Source: an uncultured delta proteobacterium (GTDB lineage: Bacteria > Desulfobacterota > Binatia > Binatales > Binataceae). From it: a DNA stretch of 64,000 nucleotides. The stretch lies in NCBI GenBank assembly GCA_963765675.1, contig CAVXXK010000001.1, positions 1,792,001 through 1,856,000 on the forward strand, in the 5' to 3' direction. The notes below the pieces were generated by a model. That model saw nothing but the letters and a program-made list of their open reading frames with translations, searched no databases and had not been told where the DNA came from. The position numbers were made by a program, and so were the translations under genes. This document shows, one piece after another, positions 18,758-28,058 of the stretch. Each line of letters starts with the position of its first letter. Position 1 is the first letter of the stretch.

Positions 18758-21172
18758 TTACTGCCGCAACTCCGCCCCCAGCCGCGTCCGTGCCTGCTCG
18801 ACTAATGCAGTATGGACGCGATTAACCTCCGCATCCGTCAGCGTGCGATCCGTTGCCCTGTACAAACAAGCCAGTGCGATACTTTTCCGGCCCGGCGCGA
18901 TCCCCTGTCCCTCGTACACGTCGAACACCTCAACGCTTTCCAGAAGCGCCGAGGTGGTCGAGTCACGCACCGTCCGCGCCACCATCGCGGCCGGGAAGTT
19001 ACGATCGACCACCAGCGCGAGATCGCGGCGAATAGCCGGAAATCGCGGGGGTGGCGCGATCGTTTTACGCGGCGTGAAACCATAAGAAATGAATTTCTCT
19101 AAGTCAAGTTCAAATACCCCGCATGGCGCGCCCAGATCGAGCCGCAGCGCCTCGCGCGGATGCAATTCGCCCACGTAGCCGGCCGTTTCGCCGTCGAGCA
19201 GGATCTCCGCCGATCGGCCAGGATGCAGAAACGGCGCGTGGGTTGGATTGATCGCGCGGAACTCGACGCGCGGGGTCAGGTCCATCGCAGCGAACCAGGC
19301 TTCGAGGATTCCCTTGGACGCGAAAAACCCCGCCTGCAACCCTTTGTCGCCGACCGTCGCGGCCGCATAGGGTCCGTAGCTCACGCCGGCCAGCACCTGT
19401 TGCTCGCGGGTGTAGTCGCCAAGGCGGGCGAAGGTCTTTGCGATCTCGAACGCTCCAAACGCACTTGCCTGCCGATTGAGATTAAAGCGCAGCGCGCCGA
19501 GCAGGCCGGGCAGCAGGCTCAGGCGCAATTCGCCGAGCTCGGCGGAAAGCGGATTTTCCACTCTGACCGCGCTCGCCTCCGGCGTGATTCCGCCGAACAG
19601 GGCGTTATCGGCCGGCGCGATAAACGCAAGCGTCATCCCTTCGGTCAATCCCGCGCCAAGCATCACCTCGCGCGTGCCGGCGATAAACTCGCGCTCGGGA
19701 TTTACAGCCGCAATCGCGGCGACGCGCGGCGGCAGCGCCTCGGGAATATCTTCGAGTCCGCCCAGGCGCGCGACTTCCTCGGCAAGGTCAGCGGCCTCGT
19801 TGATATCGGGCCGCCACGGCGGCGCCGTCACAATAAACTTGCCGCGTCCTGCGGCTTTGACCTCGCATCCGATCGAGACCAGCCGCTTCTTCGCGGTCGC
19901 GGCCGGAATTTCGACCCCGAGCAGCGAGGCCATCGCCGGCAAGTCGAGTGCGATTTCGCGGCGCAGCGCCGCGGCCGGCTCGAGGTCAATAATCGGCGCG
20001 GAGACTTTGCCGCGTGCAACCTCGCGAACGAGTTCGCCCGCGCGGACGGCAGCCGCGGCCTGTCCCGCGCGATCGATCGAACGTGCGAAGCGGTAGCTGG
20101 CCTCGCTGACGAGGCCTAATCGGCGCGAGGTTTTGGCGATCGTGATCGGATCGAAGAATGCGCTTTCGAGCACGATCGCGATCGTGGCTTCACTGACCTC
20201 GGAATTGAGGCCGCCCATCACACCCGCGATCGCAAGCGGCTTTTCCGCGTCGGCGATCAGAAGGTCGTCGGGCGCGAGCGCGCGCGTGACGTTATCGAGG
20301 GTGACGAATTCGCGGTCGGCGCCCGCGCGGCGCACGATTATTCTTCCGCCCGCGATTTTCGCGAGGTCGAACGCGTGCAGCGGCTGCCCGCGCTCGAGCA
20401 TCACGTAGTTGGTCACATCGACGACATTGCTGCGCGGGCGCATCCCGCACAGTTCGAGTCTGCGGCGCATCCGGATCGGCGACGGGCCGATTTTTATTCC
20501 CGACATCGCGAGCGCGGCGTAACGCGGGCACAGGTCCGGCGCCTGGATCTCGACCGCGATCGGGCTCGCGCCGTTGCCGGATATTTTCGGCTGGCGCGTG
20601 CGCGGAATCTCAAGCTTCGCGCCGAACAGCGCGGCTACCTCGCGAGCGAGCCCGACAATCGACAGGCAATCGCCGCGATTCGGCGTGATCTCGACGTCGA
20701 GGACGGTATCGTCCATCGCGAGGTAGCTCGCGAGATCGGTCCCGACAGGCGCATCGGCGGGCAATTCGATTATTCCGGCGTGATCGTTCGACAAACCTAG
20801 CTCGCGCTCGGAACAGATCATTCCATTCGATTCGATACCGCGGATAGTCGCCGCGGTCAGAGGCGGCTCCTTGCCGAGTTGCGCGCCGACCCTCGCAAAC
20901 GCGACCGTGATTCCGCTGCGCGCGTTGGGGGCGCCGCATACGACGGTGAAGCGTCCGCCCTCGCCGGTATCGACCTGGCACAGGCTCAGCCGGTCGGCAT
21001 TAGGATGACGTCCCGCCTCGACCACTTTTGCGATCACAACGCCGTGAAATGCGGGCGCGACTTTTTCGATATTTTCGACCACCAGGCCGGCGACGCTCAG
21101 GCGATCTGCAATCTGCTGCGCGGTCGCATCGACCGCGACGAACTCGCGCAGCCAGCTAAGCGGCAGCTTCAT
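18758..21172 (-). CDS. pheT: Phenylalanine-tRNA ligase beta subunit
   Basis: MKLPLSWLREFV, HPNADRL, TPNRGDCLS, C-terminal FP...RDLA anticodon-binding domain. Confidence 0.96.
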   Translation of the reverse strand: MKLPLSWLREFVAVDATAQQIADRLSVAGLVVENIEKVAPAFHGVVIAKVVEAGRHPNADRLSLCQVDTGEGGRFTVVCGAPNARSGITVAFARVGAQLGKEPPLTAATIRGIESNGMICSERELGLSNDHAGIIELPADAPVGTDLASYLAMDDTVLDVEITPNRGDCLSIVGLAREVAALFGAKLEIPRTRQPKISGNGASPIAVEIQAPDLCPRYAALAMSGIKIGPSPIRMRRRLELCGMRPRSNVVDVTNYVMLERGQPLHAFDLAKIAGGRIIVRRAGADREFVTLDNVTRALAPDDLLIADAEKPLAIAGVMGGLNSEVSEATIAIVLESAFFDPITIAKTSRRLGLVSEASYRFARSIDRAGQAAAAVRAGELVREVARGKVSAPIIDLEPAAALRREIALDLPAMASLLGVEIPAATAKKRLVSIGCEVKAAGRGKFIVTAPPWRPDINEAADLAEEVARLGGLEDIPEALPPRVAAIAAVNPEREFIAGTREVMLGAGLTEGMTLAFIAPADNALFGGITPEASAVRVENPLSAELGELRLSLLPGLLGALRFNLNRQASAFGAFEIAKTFARLGDYTREQQVLAGVSYGPYAAATVGDKGLQAGFFASKGILEAWFAAMDLTPRVEFRAINPTHAPFLHPGRSAEILLDGETAGYVGELHPREALRLDLGAPCGVFELDLEKFISYGFTPRKTIAPPPRFPAIRRDLALVVDRNFPAAMVARTVRDSTTSALLESVEVFDVYEGQGIAPGRKSIALACLYRATDRTLTDAEVNRVHTALVEQARTRLGAELRQ

Positions 21173-22218
21173 CGCATACCTCCGCTGACCGAAGGAAACT
21201 GCGCAAGAAAACGAAGATCGTTTTCGAAGAACAGGCGCATATCGTCTATTCCGAGCGCCATCAATCCGGTGCGTTCGACGCCCATCCCGAACGCGAAGCC
21301 ACCGTATTCTTCGGGGTCGAGATTGACCGCGCGCAGCACGTTGGGATGAATCATTCCGCAGCCCAGGACTTCCGTCCATCCGCTATGCTTGCACACGGGG
21401 CATCCGGCGCCCGCGCATAACAGGCAATGGATGTCGAGCTCGGCGCTGGGTTCGGTGAACGGAAAGAAGCTCGCGCGGAAACGGACTTTCGTGGCGGGTC
21501 CGAAGAATGCGCGCGCGAATTCGGCGAGTACGCCCTTCAAATGCGCCATCGTGATTCGCCCGCGCCGATCAACCATGAAGCCCTCGATCTGGGTGAACAT
21601 CGGAGCCGCGCGCACGCTCAGATCGTCGCGCCGGTAGCATCGCCCGGGGCATACCACGGCCAGCGGAGGGCGGCGGCGTTCCAGCACTCGTATCTGGCCG
21701 TTGCTGGTATGCGTGCGCAGGAGCATCGCGCCCGGCACGAAGAAGGTGTCCTGCATTTCGCGCGCGGGATGATTGGGCGGAAAATTCAACGCCGCGAAAT
21801 TGTGGAAGTCGTCCTCGATATCCTGCGTGGTCTCGACCTCGAAGCCCATCGCGATCAGAATCGAGAGCATCCGCTCGAGGATCTGCGTCACCGGATGAAT
21901 CCGTCCCCGCGGAATCTTGGCGCCGGGGAGAGTCACGTCGAGCGCGGCCTCGCCGAGCGAGCGTTCGAGTGCGAGCTCCTGATGGCGGGATTGCAGAGCC
22001 TCGATCCGGCTCTCGAGCTCGCGCTTGATCTCGTTGACGAGCTGGCCCAGCAGCGGACGCTCGCTCTGCGGGACGTCGCGCATCCCGCGCATGATCTCGG
22101 TCAACTCTCCGGCGCGGCCGAGCACGCGCACCCGGACGGCTTCGATCGCGGCGGCGGGAGCGTCGTCGGACAGCTCCGCCATCGCGCGTCGCCTGATTTC
22201 TTCCAGTTGTTCTTTCAT
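21169..22218 (-). CDS. pheS: Phenylalanine-tRNA ligase alpha subunit
   Basis: HPAREMQDTF, LRTHTS, FPFTEPS, GCGMIHPNV, FAFGMG.ER. Confidence 0.96.
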   Translation of the reverse strand: MKEQLEEIRRRAMAELSDDAPAAAIEAVRVRVLGRAGELTEIMRGMRDVPQSERPLLGQLVNEIKRELESRIEALQSRHQELALERSLGEAALDVTLPGAKIPRGRIHPVTQILERMLSILIAMGFEVETTQDIEDDFHNFAALNFPPNHPAREMQDTFFVPGAMLLRTHTSNGQIRVLERRRPPLAVVCPGRCYRRDDLSVRAAPMFTQIEGFMVDRRGRITMAHLKGVLAEFARAFFGPATKVRFRASFFPFTEPSAELDIHCLLCAGAGCPVCKHSGWTEVLGCGMIHPNVLRAVNLDPEEYGGFAFGMGVERTGLMALGIDDMRLFFENDLRFLAQFPSVSGGMR

Positions 22219-22260
22219 CAGCGATTCTCCCGGATTGTACGCGGATAGACGCCGTGCCGG

Positions 22261-22294
22261 AAAACAAAAGACCATGTGGCAACCCACATGGTCT
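22261..22294 (-). terminator. Rho-independent terminator downstream of rplT
   Basis: Perfect 11-bp stem AGACCATGTGG/CCACATGGTCT followed on the minus strand by TTTGTTTT. Confidence 0.75.
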
Positions 22295-22324
22295 CTTGGT
22301 GCGCGGCGCCAAACGGGCGCGGCT

Positions 22325-22687
22325 TCAGGCAGCTAGGCCGAGCGCGTCCTTGGCGGTGCGCACCAGCTCGGTAAACAAGCCGTCGCGCTCCTTGGCAAGC
22401 AGGGCAAGCTGCTTGCGATCGACCTCGACACCGGCCTTTTTGAGTCCCGCGATAAATTTGCTGTAGGAGATGCCGTGCTCGCGCGTGAGCGCATTGATGC
22501 GCTGGATCCACAGCGCGCGGAAATCGCGCTTCTTCTGCTTGCGATCGCGATAGGCGTAGGTGAGGCCCTTCTCGAAAGTGTTGCGGGCCTGACGGTACAG
22601 TTTGCGCCCGCCGACGAATCCGGAGGCGAGCTTGAGCTGGCGTTTATGTCGGCGGCGGGTTTTGGGTCCGCCCTTTGCGCGAGGCAT
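22325..22687 (-). CDS. rplT: 50S ribosomal protein L20
   Basis: MPRAKGG, YAYRDR..KKR.FR.LWI.RINA, DRK.LA. Confidence 0.97.
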   Translation of the reverse strand: MPRAKGGPKTRRRHKRQLKLASGFVGGRKLYRQARNTFEKGLTYAYRDRKQKKRDFRALWIQRINALTREHGISYSKFIAGLKKAGVEVDRKQLALLAKERDGLFTELVRTAKDALGLAA

Positions 22688-22752
22688 CTGCGGTCAATCC
22701 TTCTAGACGGTGGCTTTTTGGGTTCGTTTGATCCTGCGATGTTTGCGGCAGG

Positions 22753-22950
22753 CTAGGCGTTGGGCATCAGGCGCTTGACGGCCTCGCCCTCGGTCTTCCT
22801 CAGGATGCCGGGTTTGCGCAGGCCGCGTTTGCGGTTGCGATTTTTGGCCCACGCGTGATGGCGCGAGTAGGCCTTCTTGTACTTCACCTTGCCGCCCTTG
22901 GTCACGCGGAAACGCTTGGCGGCGGCGCGATTGGTCTTCAGCTTCGGCAT
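22753..22950 (-). CDS. rpmI: 50S ribosomal protein L35
   Basis: MPKLKTNRAAAKRF; lies between infC and rplT. Confidence 0.97.
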   Translation of the reverse strand: MPKLKTNRAAAKRFRVTKGGKVKYKKAYSRHHAWAKNRNRKRGLRKPGILRKTEGEAVKRLMPNA

Positions 22951-22979
22951 CGGTTTCGCTCTTGTTGATCGAAGATAGT

Positions 22980-23516
22980 CTATCGCGGGGTCAGCAAGAT
23001 AGACATGTTGCGCCCTTCCATCCGGGTTCCCCCGTCCGGCTGCGCGACATCGGTTACATCCAAAACGATACGGTCCAGTAGCGCCCGCCCCAATTCCGGA
23101 TGGGTAATCTCGCGTCCGCGAAACGAAACCGAGAGCTTAACACGCTGGCCTTCACCAATAAAGCGCCGGATGTGATTGATCTTGAAGGCGACGTCGTGAG
23201 CGCCGGTGCGCGCGCCCATCTTTACTTCCTTGATCGAGGTCGCAGTCGCGTGGCGCTTGGAGTCATGCTGTTTCTTCTTGAGCGAGTAGCGGTACTTGTC
23301 GAAGTCGGTGATACGGCAGACCGGCGGCTTGGCCGTGGACGACACCTCGACCAGGTCCAGGCCCTTGCCCTCGGCGATACGAATCGCCTCGCGCACCGGC
23401 AGGACGCCGATCTGCGCGCCGTCGGAATCGATCACGCGGACTTCGAGAGCGCGGATTAGCTGGTTGACGCGAATCGCGGGCTCTCTCGATGGGGGAGTTC
23501 TGAAATCTCGGCGAAT
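22980..23516 (-). CDS. infC: Translation initiation factor IF-3 (non-canonical ATT start)
   Basis: RVNQLIRA.EVRVID, LDLVEV..AKPPVC.I.D, KEVK, FRGRE. An in-frame ATT at 23516-23514 lies just downstream of a strong SD GGAGGAGGTG (23530-23521). Confidence 0.93.
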   Translation of the reverse strand: MRRDFRTPPSREPAIRVNQLIRALEVRVIDSDGAQIGVLPVREAIRIAEGKGLDLVEVSSTAKPPVCRITDFDKYRYSLKKKQHDSKRHATATSIKEVKMGARTGAHDVAFKINHIRRFIGEGQRVKLSVSFRGREITHPELGRALLDRIVLDVTDVAQPDGGTRMEGRNMSILLTPR

Positions 23517-23569
23517 ATGGCACCTCCTCCGGCGCGGCGGCCGGAATTTTGTTTATGCTCTGCGCGCGC

Positions 23570-25525
23570 TCAGGCGGGCAGCGGCTCCTTGCGCATCGTC
23601 TTTAGCAAATCATCGATCGACAGGGGCTGGCTCTTCGAGCCTCGCAGCAGCCGCAGCGACACCGTGCGCTCTGCCGCCTCGCGCTCGCCCACGACGATCA
23701 TATACGGCACCTTGGCGAGCTCGGCTTCGCGAACCTTGAAGCCGAGCTTCTCGTTGCGAATATCGGGCTCGGCGCGAAAGCCCGCGCGGCGCACGAGGTC
23801 CGAAACCTCGCGTGCGTAATCCTCGACCTTTTCGCTGAGCGAGAGCACTCGCGCCTGCTCCGGCGCGAGCCAGAATGGCAGGACGCCGCCGGTATGCTCG
23901 ATCAGCACGGCGATAAAGCGTTCGAGCGAACCCAAAATCGCGCGATGAATCATCACCGGACGCTCCTCCGCGCCGGCGCTCGAAGTGTAGGTCAGGTCGA
24001 AGCGCTCGGGCAGGTTGTAGTCGAGCTGGATCGTGGCGACCTGCCATTTGCGCTTGAGCGCGTCGGGCACGTAAATCTCGATCTTCGGGCCGTAGAACGC
24101 GCCCTCGCCCGGATTGATCTCGAACGCGATCTCGTTGCGCTCCATCGCCTTGGCGAGCTTGCCCTCGGTCATTCGCCATTGCTCTTCGGTGCCCATGTGC
24201 GGCTCGGGCATGGTGGCGAGCTTGAACTCAGGGCGCTCGAAACCGAGCGTCGCGTACACCTCGCGCACCATCTTGAGGTTCGCCGTGACTTCGTCTTCGA
24301 TCTGCTCCTCGGTGCAGAAGATATGCGCGTCGTCCTGCGACATCGCGCGCACCCGCGTCAGACCGTGCAGCGTGCCGGAACGCTCAGCACGATGCAGCCG
24401 TGAGAACTCGGCGAAACGCAACGGCAGGTCGCGATAGGAACGTTTCTCCGCGCGGTAGATGAAGGTATGCCCGGGGCAGTTCATCGGCTTCACGCCGTAA
24501 CCGTGATGCCATCCCTCGCGGCCGGTGTCGATTTTTGCCTCGGGCGCTTCGGGGTCCAGCGTCAGGAACATGTTCTCGCGAAAATTGTCCCAGTGACCCG
24601 AGGTATGGAACATCTCGTTTTTGAACACCAGCGGCGTGACAACTTCCTGGTATCCGTAGCGGCGGTAGAGCCGGCGCATGTAGTCGATCAGCTCGTTGAA
24701 GATCACGAGGCCCTTGGGCAGATAGAACGGGCATCCGGGCGAGATCGGATCAAAGAAAAACAAACCCATCTCGCGGCCGAGCTTGCGATGGTCACGCTGG
24801 CGGGCGAGTTCGAGCAGCGCCAGGTGCTCCTCGAGCGCTTCCTTGCTGGCGAACGCAGTCCCGTAGATCCGCGAGAGCATCGCGTTGTGCTCGTCACCGC
24901 GCCAGTACGCGCCGGCGACGCTCTGGAGCTTGAACGCGCGCAGGTAGCGCGTCGAGGGGACGTGCGGCCCGCGGCACAGATCCATCCAGTCGCCTTGCTT
25001 GTAGATCGAGATCGGATCGGAGACACCCTTGATAATCTCGACCTTGTACGCCTCGCCCATCGCGTCGAAGGTTTTGATCGCCTCGGCGCGCGGAACGTCG
25101 ATCCGCTCGATCTTGAGATCGGCCTTGGCGAGTTCCTTCATCTTGGCTTCGATTTTCGGCAGATCATCCACCGTGAACGGCGTAGGCGGCGCGAAGTCGT
25201 AGAAGAAGCCGTCTTCGATGACAGGGCCGATCGTGACCTGCGTGCCGGGAAAGAGCTGCTGCACCGCCATCGCCATCAGATGCGCGGTCGAATGGCGGAT
25301 CACGTCGAGACCCTCGGGCGAGTCGGCGAAGATGGGTTCGATTTCCAGTATTGGAACGCTATCAGCGAGATCGCCGAGAGTGCGCGTCAGGTCGACAACC
25401 TTGCCCGCGACTTTCGCGGCGACCAGGTCCTTGCTGGGGACTCCTGCCAGAGCCTCGCGCACACGCGCCTCGCGCGCGACGACACGGCGCTCGCCACCGA
25501 CCAAAACGGTAATCTCGGAACTCAT
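23570..25525 (-). CDS. thrS: Threonine-tRNA ligase
   Basis: RHSTAHLMA, DLCRGPHVP, RDHRKLG, KPMNCPGH, GAFYGPK, HRAILGS.ERF. Confidence 0.97.
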   Translation of the reverse strand: MSSEITVLVGGERRVVAREARVREALAGVPSKDLVAAKVAGKVVDLTRTLGDLADSVPILEIEPIFADSPEGLDVIRHSTAHLMAMAVQQLFPGTQVTIGPVIEDGFFYDFAPPTPFTVDDLPKIEAKMKELAKADLKIERIDVPRAEAIKTFDAMGEAYKVEIIKGVSDPISIYKQGDWMDLCRGPHVPSTRYLRAFKLQSVAGAYWRGDEHNAMLSRIYGTAFASKEALEEHLALLELARQRDHRKLGREMGLFFFDPISPGCPFYLPKGLVIFNELIDYMRRLYRRYGYQEVVTPLVFKNEMFHTSGHWDNFRENMFLTLDPEAPEAKIDTGREGWHHGYGVKPMNCPGHTFIYRAEKRSYRDLPLRFAEFSRLHRAERSGTLHGLTRVRAMSQDDAHIFCTEEQIEDEVTANLKMVREVYATLGFERPEFKLATMPEPHMGTEEQWRMTEGKLAKAMERNEIAFEINPGEGAFYGPKIEIYVPDALKRKWQVATIQLDYNLPERFDLTYTSSAGAEERPVMIHRAILGSLERFIAVLIEHTGGVLPFWLAPEQARVLSLSEKVEDYAREVSDLVRRAGFRAEPDIRNEKLGFKVREAELAKVPYMIVVGEREAAERTVSLRLLRGSKSQPLSIDDLLKTMRKEPLPA

Positions 25526-25611
25526 CTATGAAGAAAGTTTAGTCATTGGCGAGCGCGATGCGAGCGTAAATCGGGCAGCGGTTGGCGATCGGAGACAAAC
25601 AGAAGACACGG

Positions 25612-25686
25612 TGGTAGGCATGGGCGGGATTGAACCGCCGACCTCTTCCGTGTCAAGGAAGCGCTCTCCCACTGAGCTACATGCCT
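25612..25686 (-). tRNA. tRNA-Val(GAC)
   Basis: AGGCATGTAGCTCAGTGGGAGAGCGCTTCCTT-GAC-ACGGAAGAGGTCGGCGGTTCAATCCCGCCCATGCCTACCA forms a cloverleaf with GTTCAA T-loop and encoded CCA. Confidence 0.97.
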
Positions 25687-25798
25687 GTGTGTTGCAGGTA
25701 AGAATTGGTTGTAGATGGATTCGTGCAAGCAAAGCCAAGGGGTAACAGAGATTGCCGCGTCGGGCAACCGAGGAATCGAACAAGTAGCGGGTTCGTTT

Positions 25799-26136
25799 GA
25801 GATTTGCACCGTTAGCGATGTCGCGACCTGTCATTCCCGAGCGCGTGGCTGCCGCGATCGAGAGCCTGTCCTGAGCAACGCCGAAGGAAATCCCGAGCGA
25901 AAGTCTCGCTACACGTGGACGTAGCTCGGAGCACGGCCGCCTCGGGATTTCTCCCTTCGGTCGAAATGACGGATGTGGGCTCGGCTCAGACCACGATACT
26001 GATGTGCCAAGCCCTCAATCGTCATTCCGAGCCAGGGGCGAGGAATCCCGGGGCGTCCGTGCTCCAAGGGCACGCGTATGCAGTGCCCCCTCGTACAGGA
26101 TTCCTCGAGCGCGGCAGCCACGCGCGCGGGAATTAC
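25799..26136. repeat. Composite four-unit GTCATT-type palindromic element (BIME/MITE-like)
   Basis: Alternating L-R-L-R units with linkers homologous to the copies at 47870-48202 and 58810-59130. Confidence 0.88.
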
Positions 26137-26214
26137 ACCACGCGGCCTAGCGCTTTCAATTCTCAAATCGCCCCATCCGCCATCAGGCGCGCGTGCCGGC
26201 GTTAGTCGTTGCCT

Positions 26215-26514
26215 CTACTTTTTCTTGAGACGCGGGTCGCCGGTGGAGACGCACTGTCCATTTCGCAGCGCCTCCGCTTGAGAATTGCGATCGGCGTCAG
26301 CCCGGTGCCATGGACCGGTCGGCGCGGGATTGTCTTCCTTAAGTTGGGCGCGTTGTTTTTCGCATTCCTCCTTGGTGTCGAAAGTGCCCTGTATGTCCCA
26401 TATCGACAGAGAAAGGTGCGGATCGATCGAGATACCCAGACCGGATTCAGTTACGGGCGGCGTGATCAGATAAAAGCCCACCAGCACAAGTGCGGCCGCA
26501 TGACTGATCTTCAT
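26215..26514 (-). CDS. Small secreted two-cysteine hypothetical protein
   Basis: Signal-like MKISHAAALVLVGFYLITPP, W...FDT.EEC, C-terminal CVSTGDPRLK. Confidence 0.7.
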   Translation of the reverse strand: MKISHAAALVLVGFYLITPPVTESGLGISIDPHLSLSIWDIQGTFDTKEECEKQRAQLKEDNPAPTGPWHRADADRNSQAEALRNGQCVSTGDPRLKKK

Positions 26515-26526
26515 CGCTCAGCTATC

Positions 26527-27054
26527 TCAGCGCGACGGACGGGGTTTGCGCAGGACCATGCCGGGTTTGCTCGCGGCGCTTAGGGCTTCGCCGACCGGCT
26601 GGTAGCCCGCGCCGGTCCAGAACTGATGCGCCAGCACCGTGTCGCGATGCACGAAGACGCGGATTTCCTTCCATCCAGCGGAGAACAGCTCATGCTCGAT
26701 CGCCGCGACGACTTCGCTGCCGAGGCCGGCGCCCTGGCGGTCGCCCTGGATCATCATCAGGGCAATCCAGTTGATCCGGTCCGACGGAATTGGCGCGATC
26801 AACTCGACCGTGCCGACAATCTGGCCGGTCGCGCGCTCGCGGACGGTGTACTCATGTGACTCGAGGTCGGGAAAGCGCGGATTAGGATCGTCGGCGAGAT
26901 AGTTTTCCAGGTCGGCCGCCGCCCAGATTACGCGCTCGCCCGATGCGCGATGAAACTCCGGATTGGAGTTAAACAGCGCGACCAGTCCGTCGATCGTCGC
27001 GCGGTCATCGGCATGAGCTTCCTCGATCAGCAGGCGTTCGGTTTCGATCCGCAT
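26527..27054 (-). CDS. GNAT-family N-acetyltransferase
   Basis: IETERL start, RQGAGLG acetyl-CoA motif, AHQFW..AGY. Confidence 0.82.
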   Translation of the reverse strand: MRIETERLLIEEAHADDRATIDGLVALFNSNPEFHRASGERVIWAAADLENYLADDPNPRFPDLESHEYTVRERATGQIVGTVELIAPIPSDRINWIALMMIQGDRQGAGLGSEVVAAIEHELFSAGWKEIRVFVHRDTVLAHQFWTGAGYQPVGEALSAASKPGMVLRKPRPSR

Positions 27055-27236
27055 TGGGCAAACTCAACTTATCATACTCTTTTTCGCGACGATGCGCGCG
27101 TCAGCGTTCCCAGCCGTCGGCGCGTCGATACGATCGCAATGCTCGGGAAGAAAAATTCATCTCGCGATCGATCGTCTGCTGGTATAGTTAAGTTCACCTT
27201 GCGGTAGGATATCTTGCCGGTTTGTTGTGGAAGCCA

Positions 27237-28055
27237 ATGGATCTGAACACGATTGAAGAGATTGCGCGCCCTGATGGTTCGAGCGGCCCGATCGATTGGC
27301 GCGAAGGCGACGCGTGGCTGGCCGGTGGAACGTGGCTCTTCTCGGAGCCGCAACCGTATCTGCGCCGCCTGATCGATCTGCAAGGTCTCGGATGGAAACC
27401 GCTAGGGATAAGCGCCAACGGTCTCGAGATTGGCGCGACCTGCACAATTGCGGAGCTGTTCGCGCTTAAGGCGCCGGCAGAGTGGACGGCGGCGCCAGTC
27501 ATTGATCAATGCTGCCGCTCGTTTCTTTCTTCCTTCAAAATCTGGAATACCGCGACGGTGGGCGGAAACATCTGCATGTCGCTGCCTGCCGGACCGATGA
27601 TTTCGATGGCGGCCGCTCTGGAAGCCATCTGCACGATCCAGAAGCCGGAAGGCGGCGAGCGCAAAATCGCGATCGAAGATTTCGTCACTGGCAATCATCG
27701 CAACGTTCTGCGCCCCGGCGAGCTGCTGCGACGCATCGATCTGCCGGCCGCGGCGTTGCGCAAACGATTCGCCTTTCGCCGGATTTCTCTGACTCATCTG
27801 GGCCGCTCGGCGGCGCTGCTGGTCGGGACTCTCGGTCCGGACGACGGCGTCTTCATGCTGACCGTGTCCGCGTCGACGGAGCGGCCGCTACGAATCAGGT
27901 TCGACAAGATTCCCGATCAAAAAGAGCTGGGGACCAGGCTGGAAAAAGAGATTCCGGTCTTCTTCGACGACGTGCATGGCGCGCCCGATTATCGCAAGCA
28001 CATGACCTTCCATTTCGCGGAGGAAATCCGATGCGAGCTGGGAGGACGCAAGTAA
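27237..28055 (+). CDS. Xanthine dehydrogenase-family FAD-binding subunit
   Basis: WLAGGT, IGA.C, ATVGGNI, L.PGELL motifs. Confidence 0.88.
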   Translation: MDLNTIEEIARPDGSSGPIDWREGDAWLAGGTWLFSEPQPYLRRLIDLQGLGWKPLGISANGLEIGATCTIAELFALKAPAEWTAAPVIDQCCRSFLSSFKIWNTATVGGNICMSLPAGPMISMAAALEAICTIQKPEGGERKIAIEDFVTGNHRNVLRPGELLRRIDLPAAALRKRFAFRRISLTHLGRSAALLVGTLGPDDGVFMLTVSASTERPLRIRFDKIPDQKELGTRLEKEIPVFFDDVHGAPDYRKHMTFHFAEEIRCELGGRK

Positions 28056-28058
28056 CCG

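Noticed and set aside
25799-26136. Repeat clusters as a CRISPR array
   Set aside because: Units alternate in orientation, linkers are homologous between copies rather than unique spacers, and there are no cas genes.
27055-27236. Purine/xanthine riboswitch upstream of the xdh-like genes
   Set aside because: I could not match a known aptamer consensus by eye; an Rfam/Infernal scan would be needed.
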